This document shows positions 10,101 to 18,860 of a stretch of 37,196 nt of DNA, one piece after another. The DNA lies in the NCBI GenBank assembly GCA_041500405.1, contig JBGQMB010000004.1:1-37196 (forward strand), read 5' to 3'. The stretch's first letter is position 1; each line of letters opens with the position of its first letter. The translations under genes and the position numbers were made by a program. This DNA comes from Candidatus Micrarchaeia archaeon (GTDB lineage: Archaea; Micrarchaeota; Micrarchaeia; Anstonellales; J096). The notes under the pieces were generated by a model that did not search any database, had not been told where the DNA came from, and saw only the letters and a list, made by a program, of their open reading frames with translations.

Positions 10101-12715
10101 AAAATGTCCTTGTATTTCTCCCCTAGCACGAAGTTGTTGACAAGATTGTCCTTCTGTGCCTGGCTTAAGGCCTGGCTTTTATCTATCTCCTTCTTGAGCG
10201 CCCTTGCGTTGAAGAACATCAGGTAGTTGTTGTCTTTCTCAAGGTACTTCAGCTCTTTCGGTATCTCTTTCCTGTTAATCATGTCCTTTGCGATTTTGTT
10301 GGCGAACGCCATCGCCACGGAAATGCTTTCCGCCATCTCGTTTATCTTGTCCTGCGGGATGAGGAAATTCTCCCTGTGGCCCTTCATCCACGGGAACATC
10401 TTCATCTTCTCCTTGGGCAGGTGCGAGACCGAAGACGCGTTTGCCCTTTCCAGTATCGCCTTTATGTCTTCCTTGCCTGAGGGAAGGAAGCCATACGTGT
10501 TGTTTATCTTCTCAAGATAGACCAGGCCAAACGCGTTGGAAAGGTTTGCCTTGCCCTTGTTGGACTTTGCAAGGCTGTAAAACATGTCCGCAAGCATGTT
10601 CTGGGAAGCGTCCTTTGATTCCATTATCTTGTCGTTGAAAACGGTCCTTCTGATGCCGCTTTTCGCCGCCAGTGAATCAAGCGCGCTGTTCAGCTTCCAG
10701 ACAACAAGGCCCTTCTTTATCGCGCTGTCCTTGAGTTCGCCTGAGCCGAGGCTGGCATATGCGCCATTTATGGCTTTACACCTTTCCATGAAATAATCGT
10801 ATTCCGCCCCTTTTCCCTTGAATATTTCCTTTGCGAGTTTTTTGTAATCGCTGTGTTTTTTCGCCAGCGTCATGCTGGACTCTTCCTTGTTTATTATCTC
10901 GGCTATACTCTGGAGCGTCCCGCTGTTTTGCTTGTCGAAATCTTTCATCTTCTTCAGAATGGACTGCAGCATCCCGACGTTGCCCGCGAGCTTCTTGAGG
11001 TTGGAGAGGTCGGCGCCCTTGAGCGCATTCAGCAGCGCCAGCTCGTCCCTGGTCATGCCCACGCTCTTGGCAAGCTTGCTGTCGTTTAGGATCTTGCCCA
11101 TCATGCCCTTAAGCAGTATCGCGGAGCTCTCCCTGTCGTACGCCTCCAGCATCCTGTCCGCGTTTCCGCCCTCGCGGAGCGAGACCTTGCCCGCGAAGCT
11201 GATGTCCATATTTCTCCTTAATTCGTTGCTCAGCCTGCCCATGACGTCGCCAAGGTCCTTGGCGCTGAGCCCAAGTATCTCCCTTGCCCACCTTTGCGCC
11301 CTTACGGATTCCTTCCATTTTCCGATATTCGGCAGGAAGGCGAAATATGTCGCAAAAATCGGCCTTATTATGTACTGCCCTCCGTTGAGCCTGCCGATAT
11401 ACTGGTTAAGCGGCTCGTGGAGCCTCCTGAAAATAGCCTCTGATGCGCCCGTGTCAGCCTTGACCTTTTCAAGCATCTTTTCAAAGGCGCCCACAGCCTT
11501 GTTTTCTGGGGCGATGGCCTTGGCGACCCTTGCGGCGTATTTCATGGGGTCCAATATGACAGCCATCAGGCTTCCCCTCTGCAGGCCGCCTATGACGCCC
11601 TTCACTATGCCGGCGTGCGGGCCGTACTGCGCCCTGACGTGGCTCTTTCCGTACTCCATTTTCTCCGCACCCATCCTGAACGTCTTCATCATCCTTAGGT
11701 ACTGATTTATGGAGTCCCTATCCTTTATGCCAAGCTTCAAGGAGATATGCTGTTGGAGGGGCCTGTATATGTCCAGCAGGGAGCTTTGGTAGGTAAGCCC
11801 ATTGCGCCTGAGGAACAGCTCCAGGTCTGCGCGCGTCATGCCGGCCAGCATCGCCACGCGCGCCAGGTTTCCGGCGTTCTTGTCCTTGAACGTGCCCGCC
11901 ACCTTTTCCATGTCCTTGCCGAGCTTGGTGTATTTCGTGATGTTCTTTATGGAGGCAATGATGGAGGTCGCGTCGCCGAACCTGCCGTGCCATCCGTATC
12001 CGCTCCACTTGAACCTCATCTGGTTGAGGTGGGGGAGCCTTGGCGAGGTGAAGTCAAAAAGGTAAAGCATGCCCTGGCCGCCCCTATAGTAGAACGCGCC
12101 GCCTATCAGCGCCATGAGTATGAGAATGGGTATGCAATATATGTTGTTTGATGGATTGGCAAGCTCCTGCAAAATTATGTTGCTTATCAGGGCAGGCGTC
12201 GCCTTTATGCCAAAGCAAACCTGCTCGGACTTCTCTGCAGTGGAATAGTCCCCTGGTGAGCTTGATTCCCCCCTGAATTCTGCCTTCAGCTCGGAGCAGG
12301 AATCCTTGTATTCGGAGCCGGGCTGGAAAGTGGCGATGCCGGAATACATCGTCCCTAGTGTTCCGTCCGAAAGCGTTACGGACGCTGGCGTGTCTGTTGT
12401 TCCGCTCCCAAGCAGCGTGAATTTGGAATCGCCAGATTTCTTTATGTAAAAATACACCTTGGCGTTTTGGAGCGAGGTCTGCTCGTATTGCCTTATGTTG
12501 AGCCCCGCTGTAGGGTCTGTCTTCATCCCGGTGTAATCATAATCTGACAGGGATTCTGTGTAAATGACTGAAAAGTTTACCTGTATATACGGCGCCCCGT
12601 TCTCTTCCCCAGTCGACGGGTACATGGATATTTCGGTTGTGGAGGCGGCGAATGCGATGGGCAGGGCTAGCAGCAGGGCTAAGATTATCCACAAACGCTT
12701 ACTAATTCCACCCAT
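7127..12715 (-). CDS. Giant membrane protein (1862 aa) with a signal peptide, TM helix and C-terminal zinc ribbon
   Basis: Start reassigned to ATG 12715 (TATA at about 12741-12750). Signal peptide MGGISKRLWIILALLLALPIAFA; TM IYCIPILILMALIGGAFYY; C-terminal CSYC-x9-CPQC. Confidence 0.85.
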   Translation of the reverse strand: MGGISKRLWIILALLLALPIAFAASTTEISMYPSTGEENGAPYIQVNFSVIYTESLSDYDYTGMKTDPTAGLNIRQYEQTSLQNAKVYFYIKKSGDSKFTLLGSGTTDTPASVTLSDGTLGTMYSGIATFQPGSEYKDSCSELKAEFRGESSSPGDYSTAEKSEQVCFGIKATPALISNIILQELANPSNNIYCIPILILMALIGGAFYYRGGQGMLYLFDFTSPRLPHLNQMRFKWSGYGWHGRFGDATSIIASIKNITKYTKLGKDMEKVAGTFKDKNAGNLARVAMLAGMTRADLELFLRRNGLTYQSSLLDIYRPLQQHISLKLGIKDRDSINQYLRMMKTFRMGAEKMEYGKSHVRAQYGPHAGIVKGVIGGLQRGSLMAVILDPMKYAARVAKAIAPENKAVGAFEKMLEKVKADTGASEAIFRRLHEPLNQYIGRLNGGQYIIRPIFATYFAFLPNIGKWKESVRAQRWAREILGLSAKDLGDVMGRLSNELRRNMDISFAGKVSLREGGNADRMLEAYDRESSAILLKGMMGKILNDSKLAKSVGMTRDELALLNALKGADLSNLKKLAGNVGMLQSILKKMKDFDKQNSGTLQSIAEIINKEESSMTLAKKHSDYKKLAKEIFKGKGAEYDYFMERCKAINGAYASLGSGELKDSAIKKGLVVWKLNSALDSLAAKSGIRRTVFNDKIMESKDASQNMLADMFYSLAKSNKGKANLSNAFGLVYLEKINNTYGFLPSGKEDIKAILERANASSVSHLPKEKMKMFPWMKGHRENFLIPQDKINEMAESISVAMAFANKIAKDMINRKEIPKELKYLEKDNNYLMFFNARALKKEIDKSQALSQAQKDNLVNNFVLGEKYKDIFKNDVKTYLFGTGARHTAHTYLDGRHWAYLRNDKNDKDEDPFAVKTSFVPTSRRFSDLGETEETLKFVGLWDVFYRREKGMFKKAGSTGESVANALMAQLVGKGAENDDRLFTLISDRSTTLQSKNMLTFGTRYIHMLDYIMSGGKFKPDKEMEDEARRQIIARKKDEDRSAKEGKEYSASKEEISDYLKANRSRVFDAAMFNFMMDQDNRLVTLKSVKGSKDFLFMNGELGDILPMRADPSSMNSDLKKLLVGANMDLGDKEKASLSFQNMARASTEKVLNMRISYIGDHGNIYKSLGELADTYRITDKSVIQFMKDLAGGADKEALKAGLERLRTTVSDPQQVAIAAFRYAEKTRDFEPLLNRMANVKVGTVADIDQQRMEAWKGVFRSGNPAEALSGLLLYGKEQAIDKFTKFHETVLYTKTLQIGSEDLFGIENQENRILREGFAVLDEYGALNKILARMERGADESQIDFLKQFKSRQDAEEFIRLRMGDLQKSFIAFEWFMTRDVHPIYGGAYPYYREGLTAASLNAGVSTLKQSWIDQMWQAYRRENIESYPSGLNWALDWLSRETIRAHLPLQQAFAHAVRFEEKMSKGVANPYEIRYEADDDVKRAFKDMGLDSIHHRDKEGSMLYGRFVEPGTIRGPMDQFLPQQGLNIGYTLSGMLANLGSGSKVGLAGIAALVGGPALATIPGVYYAGKFANDLVRDRSRAMTNFWTGTETSEGFDAWKRTGGEKKWDSFKKFMAPVGKWMSSVNPNEGSAIADKEETHSAKRVSSHFYWYSNEFATPADIPGREHYMFGTGKRVIEPGEMWKVYNLYEARELEQKKSGEQGSYTYKWEYKEPKVSSVRTADTEDLAYASLSIRKRQNNIVEDYFKREQEAEMYSPSKSFMGAMINPFIATNVISGKTEKILNNLYMNARDSVQEEGWLGAAKKFGGATADFFAEGFSAPLNAAAVTLGGTNYMMKCSYCGALIRRGAGSCPQCKVKYK

Positions 12716-12790
12716 TGAGTATATATTATCAGGGAAAGAGTTTTTATATATGTGCGTCGCCCCTGTGCAGTCGGACGGATTTAAAAATGA

Positions 12791-12830
12791 AAAAACGTGG
12801 CCAAAGGAACGGCAATGCACCCATGTTTTT
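12791..12830 (-). terminator. Inverted repeat just downstream of the 12829..14016 gene; possible terminator
   Basis: Arms AAAAACGTGG (12791-12800) and CCATGTTTTT (12821-12830), followed on the minus strand by a T-rich run. Confidence 0.35.
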
Positions 12831-14016
12831 AATGCGGCCCGCTTCTTTTACTCGCCTCTTGTTGTTGTTCCCAGTATCCTTTTTCTAAACGTTTTTTCTT
12901 AATGCGCTCATACTGCTTTTGCGTGTCTTCATTCAGATATGGCAAAATCTCGCTCGGAAGGGAAGTTTCAGATGATGTCTCTTTGAAGAGGGTCCAATGG
13001 TCCCAAGTGTGGCATCTTTTTTGGCGTTTATCTAGTGCATTGAAAATCCTGTTTGGCATGTCTTTCAGCTTGTGCTCGAAAATCGTCAAACAGTCGTCCA
13101 GAAACCTGTAACGATACTTGCCAAGGCGATTCAGCGATATGGGAAGCTCAAAACTGAAAGTGTATGGAGATGCGGTTGCCCAAGCATGGGCGTATCTGTA
13201 TAGCTGTTCTTCGGTCATGTTTGCGACAATAGCCTGTGGTATGCCACTCTCCGAGGATTTTTTGAATCCCTCAATCCTGGCATCTATATAGTCATATAAT
13301 TCTGTTTGGGACATTTTGGCGCATACGACCTTTGGTGCATTTTTGCCGTTTTCTGCGGCATCAGCAATATATGCTGCGATTATTTTGTTTAAGCGTTTGG
13401 AGTCAAGCGGCTGGTCCAGCTCTCCCTCGACCAGCTTATCCCAATAAGGCGGCTTTGCGGTTCCAGAGGAGTTTAAATAATGGCCAAGCAGGCGCCCGCG
13501 TTCCTTGGTCCTTTCGTCTCCGGAAAGGCGATTGTATCTCCTGTATTCCGTGCTGCATTCTTGCGCCCAGCGCCTTTTCTCCTCCAAGTCCCTTTTTTCT
13601 TCCAATTCCCTTTTGGCTCTTTCATTCTCCGCGGCCCTGGCTCTTTCTTTTCTTTGCTCTTTGCGGCGCTTGGACAGTCTGCTGACTGCCCACAGGAGGA
13701 TGACTGTCATGATGATTCCACCGAGGAGCGTTTCGTTTTTGTCTTCCTTGCTTTTGCTGGCAGCTTTCTTCCTTGGTGAGGCAACAGAAGTATGGGTTTT
13801 GTGCCGGGAAACGTGCAATCTTTTCTGTACAGGTTTTTGCTTGATTAAATGTTGGTTATAAGAATTTTCTAAAAGAGGTTCATTGGCGAAAGCTGGCTTG
13901 ACGGCCCCGAAAGGCAGGGTCAAGGCGGCGGACGTGATGCCGATGCCAAGGATTGAATGAATGAGGCGCCTTGCCTTGCTTTTTTCATTTATCCAAATCC
14001 GCTGCATCTGCTCCAT
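12829..14016 (-). CDS. Hypothetical membrane protein (signal peptide, TM helix, coiled coil)
   Basis: 395-aa ORF. Hydrophobic N-terminus ending AFA, TM LLGGIIMTVILLWAVS, then a charged coiled coil (KRRKEQRKERARAAENERAKRELEEK). Visibly more AT-rich than its neighbours. Confidence 0.75.
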   Translation of the reverse strand: MEQMQRIWINEKSKARRLIHSILGIGITSAALTLPFGAVKPAFANEPLLENSYNQHLIKQKPVQKRLHVSRHKTHTSVASPRKKAASKSKEDKNETLLGGIIMTVILLWAVSRLSKRRKEQRKERARAAENERAKRELEEKRDLEEKRRWAQECSTEYRRYNRLSGDERTKERGRLLGHYLNSSGTAKPPYWDKLVEGELDQPLDSKRLNKIIAAYIADAAENGKNAPKVVCAKMSQTELYDYIDARIEGFKKSSESGIPQAIVANMTEEQLYRYAHAWATASPYTFSFELPISLNRLGKYRYRFLDDCLTIFEHKLKDMPNRIFNALDKRQKRCHTWDHWTLFKETSSETSLPSEILPYLNEDTQKQYERIKKKRLEKGYWEQQQEASKRSGPH

Positions 14017-14108
14017 GTTTGTATTTTGTGTGAATTAATGTTTTTAAATATATCGTCTATCTGTAGAAAATCCAATAAATCTTTAAATCGGATTTCCCAA
14101 ACATCCGC

Positions 14109-14504
14109 ATGGATTTCTTCTCCAAGCAAAACAGCATTGCCGTCATTGGCTTTTCAAGGGACAAGTCAAAATACGGATATAGGGTTTTCATGAGGCTCAG
14201 GGAACTTGGATTCAGTGTTTATGCAGTGAATCCTAATATGGCGGAGTTTGAGGGCACTAAGGTTTATCCTGACTCCAAGTCCGTGCCAAAAAAGATGGAC
14301 GTTGCGATAATGGTCGTGAAACCGGAAATCGGCATCGGCCTGCTGGACAACATCGCAAAGGCCGGAGTGAAGGGAATTTGGTTCCAGCCAGGAAGCGAAA
14401 GCGCGGAATCTGAAAAAAGGTGCAAGGAGCTTGGCCTTAGTTGTGTCATTAAAAAATGCTTCATTGTTGACGGATTAAAGACGGATTTCGGGGTGTGGCA
14501 ATGA
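14109..14504 (+). CDS. CoA-binding domain protein (CoA_binding_2/YccU-like)
   Basis: Motifs SIAVIGFSRDKSKYG, VYAVNP, IWFQPGSES and KKCFIV. Confidence 0.9.
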   Translation: MDFFSKQNSIAVIGFSRDKSKYGYRVFMRLRELGFSVYAVNPNMAEFEGTKVYPDSKSVPKKMDVAIMVVKPEIGIGLLDNIAKAGVKGIWFQPGSESAESEKRCKELGLSCVIKKCFIVDGLKTDFGVWQ

Positions 14505-15214
14505 TTGTTGACGCGCACACGCACATTTTCGAGGAAAATATGGACATCTCAAGATACCTGAAGGCAGGCATTTTGCCGGTTTTGACAGGGCACTCCGACA
14601 AGGCAAACAGGCTTGCGTTCGAGTGCGCGCAGAAATACGGCGTGCCGTTTGTTGTCGGCATCGCCCCGCAGACGGCGCAGACAGAGGGCCTAAAAAGCCT
14701 GGGCGAATGGGAAAACTTCATAAGGCAGTGCGAGCCGCATGCGATAGGCGAAACCGGGATTGACAACCACTGGGCAAAAAGCGAAAAGGACAAAAAACTG
14801 CAGATGCAGTCGTTTTCCGCAATGGTGAACGCGGCGAAGGACATGGTCCTTCCGCTTGTCATCCATTCAAGGGAATCATTCAGCGAAGTTGTTGATTTCA
14901 TCGCAGCAAAAAACTTCAGGGGAAAGGTGATGTTCCATTTTTTCGGGGAGGACAATCCGGAATATGCGCTCAACAAGCTGGACGCCTATTTCTCCTTCCC
15001 TCCGCTAAGCTCAGCAAGGAGGGAAAGGGCGCTTGAAAAAATCCCGGCTGAGAGGATAATGGCCGAGACAGACTCGCCGTACGTGGGAAAGACGCCGCTG
15101 GACGTTGAAAAGTCGGTCTTGGCAATAGCAAGCAGAAAGGGAATGGGATATAGGGAGGCCGCGGAGCTGGTTTCCAGGAATGCATTTAAATTCTTTGGTA
15201 TAGACGCGTATTAA
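14501..15214 (+). CDS. tatD: TatD family deoxyribonuclease
   Basis: Motifs DAHTH, AIGETGID, LVIHSR, MFHFF and AETDSPY. ATGA overlap with the upstream stop codon. Confidence 0.92.
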   Translation: MIVDAHTHIFEENMDISRYLKAGILPVLTGHSDKANRLAFECAQKYGVPFVVGIAPQTAQTEGLKSLGEWENFIRQCEPHAIGETGIDNHWAKSEKDKKLQMQSFSAMVNAAKDMVLPLVIHSRESFSEVVDFIAAKNFRGKVMFHFFGEDNPEYALNKLDAYFSFPPLSSARRERALEKIPAERIMAETDSPYVGKTPLDVEKSVLAIASRKGMGYREAAELVSRNAFKFFGIDAY

Positions 15215-15215
15215 A

Positions 15216-15845
15216 GTGATTCTGATGGACTTTTTGAACATTTTTGGAATGGGCAAGCCAGCGCAGCCGAAACCCGGCGAGCTGGGGAAGAACGAGGTTT
15301 TTGCGGTTTTTGTCGACGCGCCGAACATGATAAGGAAGGACGCGAAGATAGACCTTGCGGAGGTAAAGGAAATCCTGGCAAAGGAGGGAAGGATAAGCAG
15401 CGCGTTTGTCTATGTGGACCAATACGCCTCAAGGAAGCTAATAGAGGCTGTCATAAACCAGGGATACAAGGCGGTCGTGACTTCCGGTGACGTTGATGTG
15501 GCAATGGCGGTCGATTCCGTTTATTATGCCGCAACGGCCAAGGACATAACGGCCGTTGTCTTTGTCACAAGGGACACGGATTTTGTTCCTGCGATAACGA
15601 GGATAAAGGAGCTGGGCAAGAGGATTTACATCATAAGCCTGAGATTTGGGTTCAGCGCGGCCCTGCCGCATTATGCCGACAGGCTGATAATGCTGGACCA
15701 GCACTCCAGCGGGTTTGACAGCCGCAACCGGTACAATCCGCATCAGGGTTTTAAAGCTTTTCAGAGGAAACCGAGAAATGAGCCGCCAGTGCAGGCTGAC
15801 AGCAGCGCACCGGTTGGCAAAAACGATGAGGTGAAACAGCAATGA
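15216..15845 (+). CDS. NYN/LabA-DUF88 (PIN-like) domain protein, TIGR00288-type
   Basis: Motifs VFVDAPNM, DVDVAMAVD, VTRDTDFVP and YADRLI. Exact start uncertain (GTG 15216 or a nearby ATG). Confidence 0.88.
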   Translation: MILMDFLNIFGMGKPAQPKPGELGKNEVFAVFVDAPNMIRKDAKIDLAEVKEILAKEGRISSAFVYVDQYASRKLIEAVINQGYKAVVTSGDVDVAMAVDSVYYAATAKDITAVVFVTRDTDFVPAITRIKELGKRIYIISLRFGFSAALPHYADRLIMLDQHSSGFDSRNRYNPHQGFKAFQRKPRNEPPVQADSSAPVGKNDEVKQQ

Positions 15846-16078
15846 TTGGCAACACGGCGCAAAAGAGGCCTTTTGACCTGCTTAACAGGTCTGTGGACAA
15901 GAACGTCACGGTCGGCATAAAGGGCGGCAAGGAATTCACGGGAAAGATGGAGTCCTTTGACGTGCACATGAACATAATACTTGTAAACGCGTCCTTCAAG
16001 GACGGGGAAAGCAAGAAGGAGTTCAAGAACATCTTCATAAGGGGAGATTCCGTAATATACATATCCCCGGTCGAGTGA
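15842..16078 (+). CDS. Sm-like (Lsm/SmAP) RNA-binding protein
   Basis: RPFDLL, Sm1 GKMESFDVHMNIIL and Sm2 IFIRGDSVIYISP. SD GAGGTGA upstream and an ATGA overlap. Confidence 0.95.
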   Translation: MIGNTAQKRPFDLLNRSVDKNVTVGIKGGKEFTGKMESFDVHMNIILVNASFKDGESKKEFKNIFIRGDSVIYISPVE

Positions 16079-16122
16079 TTAGGCAAACCCTTTAATATCT
16101 GCTTTCTGCAAACTATTCCTTT

Positions 16123-17079
16123 GTGGAACAGCTAAACATAGCCTACAGGTACCCATTCACGGCTTATGGCAAGAGAGAGATGTCCAGCCATGCCCAGCTC
16201 ATAGGCAGCGAATACCTGGTGTCTGAGGCAAGAAACAGGCTCATCGGCGTGGTTTCCGGAGGTTCCTATCCCATAATAGATACGGAATCCGAGGAAAAGC
16301 AGCTGGAGGAGCTGGCGATATATGCCATATGCAGGCTGATAATAACGCACTCCGCGAACAACTATGCGACAAACAGGTTCGCTGTCGCATACTCAAAGTC
16401 GCTTTGCGAGAAAAGAATAGACAAAAAGGAGGTAATTGACAGCGAGATGGCGATGCTCCTCAATGATTTCGGCATGGACGCAAAAAAGGGGAACGGGGAA
16501 TGCGACATCGACATTTTCTCGTTCGTGAAATTCTCTCCCAACCCCGTGCATTACTCCCTTTTCTATAGGGAAGTGAAAAATGGAAGGGTAAAGATAACGT
16601 TCGAGGAGCTGAAAAGGATGCTGGAAGAGGCGATAAAGAGGCATTTGCTCGCCTTGCCGAGGATAGAGAAAAGAGACCAGCACTACAACGCGATAGGCCA
16701 GTCTGTGCTTTCAAGGCTTCCAAAAAAGGAAACCGCAAAGGTCTCATTCCAGGAGGGCGACAACCCGCCGTGCGTGGAAAAGCTGCTTGACGAGATGAGG
16801 ATGCACAAGAACCTGAACCACTATGCAAGGTGGTCGTTGGCCGTTTACCTGATGAACAGGGACGTTGGGCTTGAGGACATGCTAAGGATTTTCGCGAACG
16901 CGCCTGACTACAGCGAGAAGATATCAACATACCAGCTGACGCATGTGATAGAGCACAAATACAGGATGCCGACCTGCGACAAGATGAAGCTTTACGGGAT
17001 TTGCGTTGCGGAATGCGGGATAAGGAACCCGATAAGATGGAGTGGAAAGGATGGAACCGGAAAGAAAGTGGATAAATAA
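16123..17079 (+). CDS. priL: DNA primase large subunit
   Basis: YRYPFT N-terminus and a C-terminal Fe-S domain: NPPCV, NLNHYARWSLAVYL, APDYSEKISTYQ, YRMPTCDKM..GICVAECGIRNP. Confidence 0.93.
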   Translation: MEQLNIAYRYPFTAYGKREMSSHAQLIGSEYLVSEARNRLIGVVSGGSYPIIDTESEEKQLEELAIYAICRLIITHSANNYATNRFAVAYSKSLCEKRIDKKEVIDSEMAMLLNDFGMDAKKGNGECDIDIFSFVKFSPNPVHYSLFYREVKNGRVKITFEELKRMLEEAIKRHLLALPRIEKRDQHYNAIGQSVLSRLPKKETAKVSFQEGDNPPCVEKLLDEMRMHKNLNHYARWSLAVYLMNRDVGLEDMLRIFANAPDYSEKISTYQLTHVIEHKYRMPTCDKMKLYGICVAECGIRNPIRWSGKDGTGKKVDK

Positions 17080-18157
17080 CCTGATACAAGGATACTATTC
17101 GAAAAACAGGAAGTCCATCTACAATGTGGAGAAAAGGGAGTTCGGCATAGGCGACTTCGGCAAGAAGATAGCAAGAAGGCACCTTGCGTTCGCGTCTGAC
17201 GCGGACCTGAATGCGTTCCTTGCAAGGGAGGCGCCGCTTTACATATCGCATTCTGTCGCGTATTACGAGTTTCCGGACGCAACGCCCATGGAAAGGAAAA
17301 ACTGGCTTGGCGCGGAGCTTGTGTTTGACCTGGACGCCGAAAGCACGGACGAGGAGACCATGAAAAGGACCAAGGCGGACCTGATTAGGCTGGTCGGGAC
17401 ATTGAAGGATGATTTCGGGGCAAGGGAATATCTTATCAACTTTTCCGGAAACAGGGGATACCACCTCCATGTCAGGGATAAAGGTTTCCTTTCGATGCTT
17501 TCAGAGGACAGGAAAAGGATAATTGAATACATCAAGGGCGAGGGGTTTGACCATTACAAGATGTTCAATGCATTCAGGAAAAGGATGAAGGACGAGCTGA
17601 TGAAGGACGGAAACAGGAGCATGGTGCCTGGCCCAAGGCCCGGCGATGCGGGCTCCGCGGGAAGGTTTGCGAGGGCGGCGATTGACGTCGCAAGAACGAA
17701 CCCGCTTAACATTTCCAAGAAATTCAAGGATGCGCTGAATGTTGATATGTTCGCAAACGGCGTGAACGTTGGGCATTGGGAAAAGGGCCACGGCCTGAAG
17801 GAAGAGGACCTTATGGAGAGGCTGAAGCCTGTTTCAGAAAGGATAAAGCTGGGCTCGGTCAACATAGACGCAGGGGTTACACAGGACATATCAAAGCTGA
17901 TAAGGATGCCCGGCTCGATACACGGGTCCACCGGGCTAGAGGCAAAGATACTGAAGGAAAGCGAGGTTGAGGCGTTCGATCCGTTCAACGACGCGGTCGT
18001 TTTCCCGGATGACAAAACGGCAATTCTGCTGAAGGAGGACGTCAATATAAGAATAAGGGAAACTGTGCTAAGGGCGAAAAAAGGCCAGAAGGCAAAGGTG
18101 CCTGCCTATATGGCGGCATACCTCTGCCTCAAGGACAAGGCAACGCTTACTTCTTAG
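17051..18157 (+). CDS. priS: DNA primase small (catalytic) subunit
   Basis: Motifs KREFG, SVAYY, WLGAELVFDLD, FSGNRGYHLHV and IDAGVTQDISKLIRMPGSIHG. Start at 17051 (ATG) or 17042 (GTG). Confidence 0.95.
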   Translation: MEPERKWINNLIQGYYSKNRKSIYNVEKREFGIGDFGKKIARRHLAFASDADLNAFLAREAPLYISHSVAYYEFPDATPMERKNWLGAELVFDLDAESTDEETMKRTKADLIRLVGTLKDDFGAREYLINFSGNRGYHLHVRDKGFLSMLSEDRKRIIEYIKGEGFDHYKMFNAFRKRMKDELMKDGNRSMVPGPRPGDAGSAGRFARAAIDVARTNPLNISKKFKDALNVDMFANGVNVGHWEKGHGLKEEDLMERLKPVSERIKLGSVNIDAGVTQDISKLIRMPGSIHGSTGLEAKILKESEVEAFDPFNDAVVFPDDKTAILLKEDVNIRIRETVLRAKKGQKAKVPAYMAAYLCLKDKATLTS

Positions 18158-18551
18158 GCGGCGCCTTTTGCTCCGCAGTGCCTATTGAAAGCTTCGGCGG
18201 AAGTATCGGCGGCCTTATGTTGAGCACCCTTGTGACAATGGTGCCGTGCGCAGAGCCGACGAAGTTTATGATGTTTACCAATTCCTCGATATACTCCCTC
18301 GGCAGCCTCTTGTTCTTCTTCCAGCTGTCCTCGAGCGCGGGTATCCTCTTTGCGTCGGATTCGAAAACGGTCCCGTAAAGCAGGACCTTTCCCAGCTTGT
18401 CATAGTCAAGCGTGTAAACATAGTCCACAAGCAGCCTGTCCTTGGCGTCCTTCCTGACATCGCCCATCTTTATGTCTATCTTGAATCCCGAAAACGGCGC
18501 GTCAGCGTTGATTTGCGCATCTATCCTGTTTATTCTGTCTCCAACAATCAT
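18147..18551 (-). CDS. Conserved archaeal hypothetical protein
   Basis: 134 aa with SD AGGTG upstream, a beta-rich N-half, W...K.LP and C-terminal LNIRPPILPP. Overlaps priS convergently by 11 nt. Confidence 0.75.
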   Translation of the reverse strand: MIVGDRINRIDAQINADAPFSGFKIDIKMGDVRKDAKDRLLVDYVYTLDYDKLGKVLLYGTVFESDAKRIPALEDSWKKNKRLPREYIEELVNIINFVGSAHGTIVTRVLNIRPPILPPKLSIGTAEQKAPPKK

Positions 18552-18627
18552 CGATTACACCTTTTCGGATGATGATACATAACATTTATAATACTTCTTT
18601 CGAACGTATATATGTTAAATTCCGTCG

Positions 18628-18703
18628 GGGCCCGTAGCTCAGCCTGGATTAGAGCGACTGCCTTCTAAGCCGTAGGTCGGGAGTTCAAATCTCCCCGGGC
18701 CCG
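18628..18703 (+). tRNA. tRNA-Arg (anticodon TCT), no intron, CCA not encoded
   Basis: Acceptor GGGCCCG/CGGGCCC; D-stem GCTC/GAGC; anticodon loop CTTCTAA; T-arm GGGAG-TTCAAAT-CTCCC. One T.C mismatch in the anticodon stem. Confidence 0.96.
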
Positions 18704-18795
18704 ATTAAGCCCCTTTTCTTTCGTAAGGGAACCAAGGTTCCCTTGACGTTCAACCTTCCTTTTCTTTGGCCCTTGGGTTCAAAAGAAGGCATTTT

Positions 18796-18842
18796 GGGCA
18801 TGGGGCAAATGGATGCGCACGGCCATGGCTGCCTTGGGCCCG
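18796..18842 (+). repeat. tRNA-trailer hairpin element, copy 1
   Basis: GGGCATGGGGCAAATGGATGCGCACGGCCATGGCTGCCTTGGGCCCG; aligns with 26975-27020. Confidence 0.65.
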
Positions 18843-18860
18843 ATTCGCATTATATAAGAG

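Noticed and set aside
16123..18157. Fused DPANN-type PriS-PriL primase
   Set aside because: priL and priS are separate, overlapping ORFs in different frames, each complete. This is an ordinary two-subunit primase.
18566..18580. ATGATGA box C-like motif upstream of tRNA-Arg
   Set aside because: There is no suitably placed CTGA box D, and the motif lies within divergent promoter DNA.
18656..18673. T.C mismatch in the tRNA-Arg anticodon stem as evidence of a pseudo-tRNA or editing
   Set aside because: A single mismatch is tolerated in many tRNAs and all other arms are intact; it could also be a sequencing error.
18704..18860. tRNA-associated HDV-like (theta) ribozyme or an integrated provirus between att sites
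   Set aside because: I could not build the nested double pseudoknot directly after either tRNA. The 3'-end repeats are only 10-11 bp and ~135 nt apart, with no integrase.
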